Virus record (IMG/VR): IMGVR_UViG_3300033149_003588
Coordinates: 74,460-138,459 of that record
Reading direction: 5' to 3' (one strand)
Length of the DNA stretch: 64,000 nucleotides
Source: a virus
In this document: piece by piece, positions 59,113-64,000 of the stretch
How positions within the stretch are numbered: the first letter of the stretch is position 1
How the letters are laid out: each line of letters starts with the position of its first letter
Notes under the pieces: generated by a model
Databases searched by the model: none
The model's input: the letters and a program-made list of their open reading frames with translations, nothing else
What the model was told of the DNA's origin: nothing
Made by a program: the position numbers and the translations under genes

Positions 59113-59466
59113 CTATTTAATTGAGTCGATCGGCAATAACCTCTGGAGTACATCGAATTCATTGTCGAGAAATGCTTCGATAATATCCATGGTTCTATCT
59201 GGATCAAGACATACACCTGCCGATTCATCGCCATTACTACTACTGATATGTAGATTCTCGACATCTATGTTTATATCATCATCATCCATGCTATCAAACA
59301 CATCATCAGTAGTTATGTCCACCGAATCGAAGTAGACACCATCGATATCGACAGTAGTGTATATCGGAATCTGTATCAAACCAGTAATCCATGCATCAGT
59401 ATCATCTCCGAAAAGCGATTTTACATGCTCGATTAGTCTTTTGGCATCCATCATCGATATAACCAT
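59113..59466 (-). CDS. Hypothetical protein, family Y
   Basis: Start MVISMMDAK after AGGAGG. Confidence 0.65.
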   Translation of the reverse strand: MVISMMDAKRLIEHVKSLFGDDTDAWITGLIQIPIYTTVDIDGVYFDSVDITTDDVFDSMDDDDINIDVENLHISSSNGDESAGVCLDPDRTMDIIEAFLDNEFDVLQRLLPIDSIK

Positions 59467-59509
59467 CTTACTCCTCCTTGTTTTTGTGTTATTTAATCGA
59501 TTAATCGTG

Positions 59510-59935
59510 TTATTTCTTAGGATGGAAGAAATGTATAACATCTTCCAATGACCCATTAACCAATGGCTCTTTGAAATCATTGTTACAACTGAATACCTGG
59601 GCTTTGCCCTTGTTGTCACCAGAATGTCCACTGGCTGGTGTTACCCAGTATATAACATCCCCGTGCTCACCATCCATGATAGAGATACTATCATATAAAT
59701 CACCATAGGCTGGGCAATTGTTCTTGAAAAACACATAACACTCCTCAACATCGAACTTATCAGTATCAGAAATGTCTACCAACAGCTTGCCCAGTGTGTC
59801 CAGCCTATCTGCAAGTTCTGCATCGGGACAAAACCAATCAAACCAGCCAGCATTTATCTGGGTATTCACATCTTTACTACGGAATTCCCCTGTCCTGTAC
59901 CTCTTAATAAAATCTGCAATCTTTATCGACATCAT
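59510..59935 (-). CDS. Conserved-looking phage hypothetical protein
   Basis: AGWFDWFC..YVFFKNNCP..LYD; start MMSIK after AGGAGG. Confidence 0.7.
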   Translation of the reverse strand: MMSIKIADFIKRYRTGEFRSKDVNTQINAGWFDWFCPDAELADRLDTLGKLLVDISDTDKFDVEECYVFFKNNCPAYGDLYDSISIMDGEHGDVIYWVTPASGHSGDNKGKAQVFSCNNDFKEPLVNGSLEDVIHFFHPKK

Positions 59936-60038
59936 TCCTCCTTTGATTGAAATAAATATGAAATTATATCCATTGCCTAGTAATCGGTTCATTCCTTATA
60001 TGACTTCCTTTGCCCGACACTCTGCCCTCACCCATAAG

Positions 60039-60077
60039 AAAGTAGATGGCAAGCTCGGTGTCAAGCCCCTCCTGTCC
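60039..60077 (-). promoter_or_regulatory. Repeated promoter-like motif, copy B
   Basis: GGACAGGAGGGGCTTGACACCGAGCTTGCCATCTACTTT; 27/28 identical to copy C over 60050-60077. Confidence 0.6.
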
Positions 60078-60108
60078 GAGATGCGAGTCCATGAGGTCAA
60101 CTGTCCAT

Positions 60109-60447
60109 CTAGTCTTCATATGCTCCTTCCATCGCAAAGCGCATAATCTCTATCCTATATAATGGATCAACATGATTTTCCTCTAAATATATGAATATAC
60201 GTATTCTGTCTATTATGTCTTCAAAACTCATTTCTATTGGATAATAAATAAAATCCTTGTGATTCACTGATAATAACCATCTCCTTATACGTGGAGGCTT
60301 ACACCATTTACTTAGAAAACAATATGTCCCAGCATCGCTTTCTATACCATATTCGACCGAAAGGAATATAATCCCAGAAATCGAGAAGTCCGAAGTACGC
60401 TCAGAAATAACTTTTAGATTCACATGTTTAAAATCTTCTATCGTCAT
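60109..60447 (-). CDS. Hypothetical protein
   Basis: 112 aa ORF. Confidence 0.55.
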   Translation of the reverse strand: MTIEDFKHVNLKVISERTSDFSISGIIFLSVEYGIESDAGTYCFLSKWCKPPRIRRWLLSVNHKDFIYYPIEMSFEDIIDRIRIFIYLEENHVDPLYRIEIMRFAMEGAYED

Positions 60448-60457
60448 AGAACCATTG

Positions 60458-60874
60458 TTATATATTGGTTAAAACAGGTTTATATCGGCTTTCCTTATAA
60501 TGATCATATTTGGGCTTATCGATGTGCCTTTGTACGATAGCAGCTATCTTGCCCAGGATTTTGGCCATAGCTATTGGGTCGCCACTTTTGAGAATTTCTG
60601 CGACTTTTGTCGCATCTTCCTCTTCAAACATCACGACTTTCTCATGAGGAGCATTAGAACGGATATCGATATAAAGTCCAGTTAAGAAGTTCTCATCGTC
60701 CGTAGGGTCATCATCAGGGAGACGCTCTATTTCTATGGCGTCGCACCCATCGAACTCACACTCTGCCCATGTGCAACGTACAGCAGTCATAGTGACGTCC
60801 TGATAACCAAGCTTCTTCTTAATGGTCTCTATAATCTCGTGTATCTCCATAGTGGTATAATACTTCTCTTCCAT
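60458..60874 (-). CDS. Hypothetical protein, family Y
   Basis: C-terminus ILGKIAAIVQRHIDKPKYDHYKE matches 61469-62002. Confidence 0.7.
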   Translation of the reverse strand: MEEKYYTTMEIHEIIETIKKKLGYQDVTMTAVRCTWAECEFDGCDAIEIERLPDDDPTDDENFLTGLYIDIRSNAPHEKVVMFEEEDATKVAEILKSGDPIAMAKILGKIAAIVQRHIDKPKYDHYKESRYKPVLTNI

Positions 60875-60899
60875 TATTCCTCCTTAGATCATTTTTATA

Positions 60900-60938
60900 A
60901 AAATGGATAACAAGCTTGGTGTCAAGCCCCTCCTGTCC
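60900..60938 (-). promoter_or_regulatory. Repeated promoter-like motif, copy C
   Basis: GGACAGGAGGGGCTTGACACCAAGCTTGTTATCCATTTT upstream of the GATCTAAGGAGG leader. Confidence 0.6.
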
Positions 60939-61468
60939 AAAGTATAAGAGGATAACAGGGGTAAAAGAACCTGTAAATGGCCATATTTAGGATAAAAGGA
61001 CATTTTTCCAGAGAGCAGAAAGTGGGGGACCCACAATATGCCTATATATTCTTTATTCGTGAGCAGTAGTATATCTACACATGTATATATCCTTTTATTC
61101 TTTTTATTCTTGTCACTCATTTATTCTACTTCTCCTTTTACTCTTTTGTTCCTGTTGCCCATTTACCTTGTTCTTCTTTTTATCCTTTTTATTCCATTCT
61201 GTTACTATTTTTATGTCGATAAAAATAAACCCTGGCGGAGGGGATCTAGCTCTACAACTAAAACATGGACTCATAATTATTCTGTGTTTCCACATATTAA
61301 TTCATTCTCCATTGTTTCTCCTCCCTCTTTGGTGGGAGTTTTCTTCTGTTTCTTCATTGGACGATATCTTCTCCAGGGTTTCTCGTCTCTTTTTGTCCTT
61401 TTATTACGTTTTTTAGCACCCATCAGATATCTCCTATTGTATTAATAAAATATATTAGCGAAAAATAA

Positions 61469-62002
61469 CTAAAATATAGGTTCATAATCATTCTCTTTAT
61501 AATGATTATATCCAGGGTCGTCGATATGTTTTTCTATAATAGATGAAATCTTACCCAATATCTCAGCTATGGCTATTGAATCACCACTCCTAAGAACATC
61601 TATAATCTTTATCACATCTAACTCTTCAAAAACTACTCCTTCTGAATCATCAGGACGAATAGAAAGCCTAGTAGGGAAATACTCATCCTCTTCCATTCCA
61701 CTAATAAACTCCGTATGTTCTTCATAAATAACATATTCGTTCCACATACGTGCCCAGGCACAGATCTCTACACCACCATATCCTAATCTTGTCTGTATCA
61801 TAGAAGTAACCTCACAGATTTCATCTATGGAATATGATTTATCTTGCTCTTTTTCCTGTGGGACAGAAAAGAAAGTTCCGTTAAGATATGATACCCTTTG
61901 AGCAGCCTGCTCTGGATTGTCATAATCACTTTCTGGATACCATTCTCCATTCACGAATGTGCCGACTACATATGAGTCATCTGTTTTTAGATAAACATAC
62001 AT
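61469..62002 (-). CDS. Hypothetical protein, family Y, with an extra N-terminal domain
   Basis: MYVYLKT..YVVG..WYPESDY..A.QRVSYLNG, then a domain paralogous to 60458. Confidence 0.7.
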   Translation of the reverse strand: MYVYLKTDDSYVVGTFVNGEWYPESDYDNPEQAAQRVSYLNGTFFSVPQEKEQDKSYSIDEICEVTSMIQTRLGYGGVEICAWARMWNEYVIYEEHTEFISGMEEDEYFPTRLSIRPDDSEGVVFEELDVIKIIDVLRSGDSIAIAEILGKISSIIEKHIDDPGYNHYKENDYEPIF

Positions 62003-62711
62003 AGCTCCTCCTTAAATTTTTGGTTTTTTGTGTCTTTTGATTCTCTTCATCATCCTTTGATGAGAATATGTTAGGGTCTACAAACTGAAGGGCAAATCTA
62101 TTTTCCTCTACTGCTGCTAGACAAATTTCAATGGTTTGTTCTCTTACGAATTGGAGGGCGAGACCATTCCTTCTCACTGCTGCTAGGCAAATCTCTGGGG
62201 TCTGTTCTATCACAAACTGAAGAATACGCCCATCCCGTCTCACTGCTGCCAAACAGATTTCAGGAGTTTGTTCTCTTACATACTGGAGAGCATCTTCATC
62301 ACGTTTTACTGCTGCTAGGCAAATCTCTGGAGTCTGTTCTCTTACATATTGGAGAGCATATCCATGCCTTTTTACTGCTTCTAAACAAATCTCTGGGGTT
62401 TGTTCTTTTACATATAGAAGAGCAAATCCACTTTCTTTCACTGCCTCTATACAAATCTCTGGAGTTTGGTTCTTTACATAGCAAAGGGCACGCCCGTGTT
62501 TTCTCACTGCTGCTAGGCAAATCTCTGGAGTCTGTTCTCTTATATATCGAAGGGCATGAGCATCCATTTCTACTGCACTCAACATTCTATCACCCTGCAA
62601 ATTCATTATTTGATCACGTTCGCCTCCCACATATTCTAGAAATTCATTGAAAGTAATCTTCTTCCCAGTTTGTAATTTATGCTCGATCTTCACTTTTGAA
62701 ATGGTATCCAT
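61977..62711 (-). CDS. DUF4116-like 24-aa repeat protein (copy 1, 7 repeats)
   Basis: AL.YV.EQTPEICL.AV repeats. Confidence 0.85.
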   Translation of the reverse strand: MDTISKVKIEHKLQTGKKITFNEFLEYVGGERDQIMNLQGDRMLSAVEMDAHALRYIREQTPEICLAAVRKHGRALCYVKNQTPEICIEAVKESGFALLYVKEQTPEICLEAVKRHGYALQYVREQTPEICLAAVKRDEDALQYVREQTPEICLAAVRRDGRILQFVIEQTPEICLAAVRRNGLALQFVREQTIEICLAAVEENRFALQFVDPNIFSSKDDEENQKTQKTKNLRRSYVCLSKNR

Positions 62712-63328
62712 TACTTACCTCCTGCATTTCCATTATCCTCAGATAAAAATACGTTAGGATCTACATAACAAATAGCACAACTGTCTTGTTTTAATGCTTC
62801 CAAACAAATCTCTAGAGTCTGTTTTTTTACAAATTGAAGAGCATAGCCACTTTGTTTTACTGCCTTTAGACAAATCTCTGGGGTTTGTTCTATCACAAAC
62901 TGAAGGGCTTCCCCATTCTCCTCTACTGCTGCCAGACAAATCTCAGGAGTTTGTTCTCTTACATAACAAAGAGCATAGCCATTTCTTTTCATTGCTGCTA
63001 GACAAATCTCTGGGGTTTGTTCTTTTACATATGAGAGAGCGTGGCCACTTTGTTTTACTGCCTCTAAACAAATCTCTGGAGTTTGCCTTTCTACATATCG
63101 AAGGGCATAGCCATCCTCCTTTACTGCTGCTAGGCAAATTTCAGGAGTTTGTTCTGTTACATACTGAAGATTAGACCCATATATTTTTACTGCTGTCAAG
63201 GCTGCATCCCCCCTCAAATTTCTTATCTGTTCACGTCTAGCCCCTGCATATTCTAGAAATTCCTTGAGAGTGAGTTTCTTCCCAGTTTGTAATTTATGCT
63301 CGATCTTCACTTTTGAAATGGTATCCAT
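62711..63328 (-). CDS. DUF4116-like 24-aa repeat protein (copy 2, 6 repeats)
   Basis: Same repeat and same MDTISK..HKLQTGKK N-terminus. Confidence 0.85.
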   Translation of the reverse strand: MDTISKVKIEHKLQTGKKLTLKEFLEYAGARREQIRNLRGDAALTAVKIYGSNLQYVTEQTPEICLAAVKEDGYALRYVERQTPEICLEAVKQSGHALSYVKEQTPEICLAAMKRNGYALCYVREQTPEICLAAVEENGEALQFVIEQTPEICLKAVKQSGYALQFVKKQTLEICLEALKQDSCAICYVDPNVFLSEDNGNAGGK

Positions 63329-63945
63329 TACTTACCTCCCGCATTTTCATTATCCTCCGATAAAAATACATCAGGATCTACATATCGAATGGCATCTTTA
63401 CTTTCTTCCATTGCTGCTAAGCAAATCTCTGGAGTTTGTTCTATCACATATTGAAGGGCAAGCCCATTTTCTTTTACCGCTGCTAAACAGGTTTCAGGAG
63501 TTTGCTCTCTTACATATTGGAGGGCAAAACCATCCTGTTTTACTGCTTCCAAACAGATCTCAGGTGTTTGTTCTATCACATATTGAAGAGCTTCCCCACA
63601 CCGTTTTACTGCTGCCATACAGATTTCAGGTGTCTGTTTTCTTACATACTGAAGAATATGGCCACGCTGTTTCACAGCCATTAGACAAATATCTGGAGTT
63701 TGTTTCTTTACATACTGGAGAGCATGACTATTTTCTTTTACTGCCGCCCAGCAAATTTCGGGAGTTTGCCTCTTTATATACCGAAGATTAATACCATATT
63801 TATTTACTGCCTCCAGAGCTTCGTCTCCCATCCAGTTTCTTATCTCATAATATCCAACCTCTGTATATTCCAGAAACTCCTTGAGAGTAATCTTCTTCCC
63901 AGTTTGTAATTTATGATCTATTCTTGCTTTTGAAATGGTATCCAT
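63328..63945 (-). CDS. DUF4116-like 24-aa repeat protein (copy 3, 6 repeats)
   Basis: Same repeat and same N-terminus. Confidence 0.85.
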   Translation of the reverse strand: MDTISKARIDHKLQTGKKITLKEFLEYTEVGYYEIRNWMGDEALEAVNKYGINLRYIKRQTPEICWAAVKENSHALQYVKKQTPDICLMAVKQRGHILQYVRKQTPEICMAAVKRCGEALQYVIEQTPEICLEAVKQDGFALQYVREQTPETCLAAVKENGLALQYVIEQTPEICLAAMEESKDAIRYVDPDVFLSEDNENAGGK

Positions 63946-64000
63946 TACTTACCTCCTGCATTTTCATTATCCTCTGGTAAAAATATGTTAGGATCTACAT
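63945..64000 (-). CDS. 3' end of a fourth DUF4116-like gene (truncated by window)
   Basis: VDPNIFLPEDNENAGGK-stop, matching the C-termini of copies 2 and 3. Confidence 0.8.
   Translation of the reverse strand, partial: VDPNIFLPEDNENAGGK

Larger units (their letters stand above)
1..64000 (-). mobile_element. Segment of a large tailed dsDNA bacteriophage genome
   Basis: Terminase, portal, phage-type replication genes (gp32-like SSB, primase-helicase, SbcCD), dense small genes and all genes co-oriented. No host housekeeping operons and no integrase. Confidence 0.95.
61977..64000 (-). repeat. Tandem gene array (617-bp period) with internal 72-bp repeats
   Basis: Gene starts at 62711, 63328 and 63945. 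The junction GCAGGAGGTAAGTAATGGATACC is repeated. Confidence 0.9.

Noticed and set aside
60884-61445. ORFs 60884-61120, 61113-61295 and overlapping plus-strand ORFs
   Set aside because: Low-complexity purine-rich sequence, overlap with a promoter-like motif and no convincing protein features; probably degenerate or non-coding.
57-63909. Numerous plus-strand ORFs of 60-175 aa in the track
   Set aside because: They lie antisense to well-supported minus-strand genes, lack RBS or motifs, and read like shadow translations.
61977-64000. Diversity-generating retroelement explanation for the near-identical repeats
   Set aside because: No reverse transcriptase in the window, differences are not confined to adenines, and all copies are intact coupled ORFs rather than a TR/VR pair.
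61977-64000. CRISPR-like periodicity
   Set aside because: The 72-bp periodicity is in-frame protein repeat with degenerate units, not identical repeats with unique spacers.
1-64000. tRNA, rRNA or tmRNA genes
   Set aside because: No T-loop (GTTCRA) cloverleaf or rRNA-like segment was noticed in the few intergenic gaps on either strand; tRNAscan-SE was not run.

Overview
A 64-kb AT-rich segment of a large tailed dsDNA bacteriophage, read in genetic code 11. Every credible gene is on the minus strand; the short plus-strand ORFs look like shadows. The host is probably an anaerobic bacterium, given class III RNR, family-4 UDG, DnaE/RecA/HU and GGAGG Shine-Dalgarno sites. In transcription order (right to left): (1) ~50-64 kb, an early-type region of small genes with several paralog families, a tandem array of DUF4116-like repeat genes, an SLT transglycosylase, gene relics and a repeated promoter-like motif; (2) ~24-49.6 kb, replication and nucleotide metabolism: UDG, PLD nuclease, AAA-M41 protease, tandem GroES, three glycosyltransferases, a PurZ-type (Asp->Ser) adenylosuccinate-synthetase homolog, SSB, RecA, resolvase, SF2 helicase, primase-helicase, NMP kinase and an NDT/Rcl-like protein; (3) 17.8-24.2 kb, an island of signal-peptide/membrane proteins; (4) intein-containing NrdD, NrdG, DnaE, HU, thioredoxin and SbcCD; (5) TerS/TerL/portal, then a large HAD + metallo-beta-lactamase fusion ORF that the ORF track missed and that runs off the left edge. 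The main candidate novelty is a possible 2-aminoadenine (Z) DNA system paired with a family-C polymerase (DnaE). No DatZ, MazZ or DpoZ is recognisable in the window, but there are candidate substitute nucleotide-editing enzymes. No rRNA, tRNA, CRISPR array or integrase was seen. All family assignments come from reading motifs by eye; no database searches were run.
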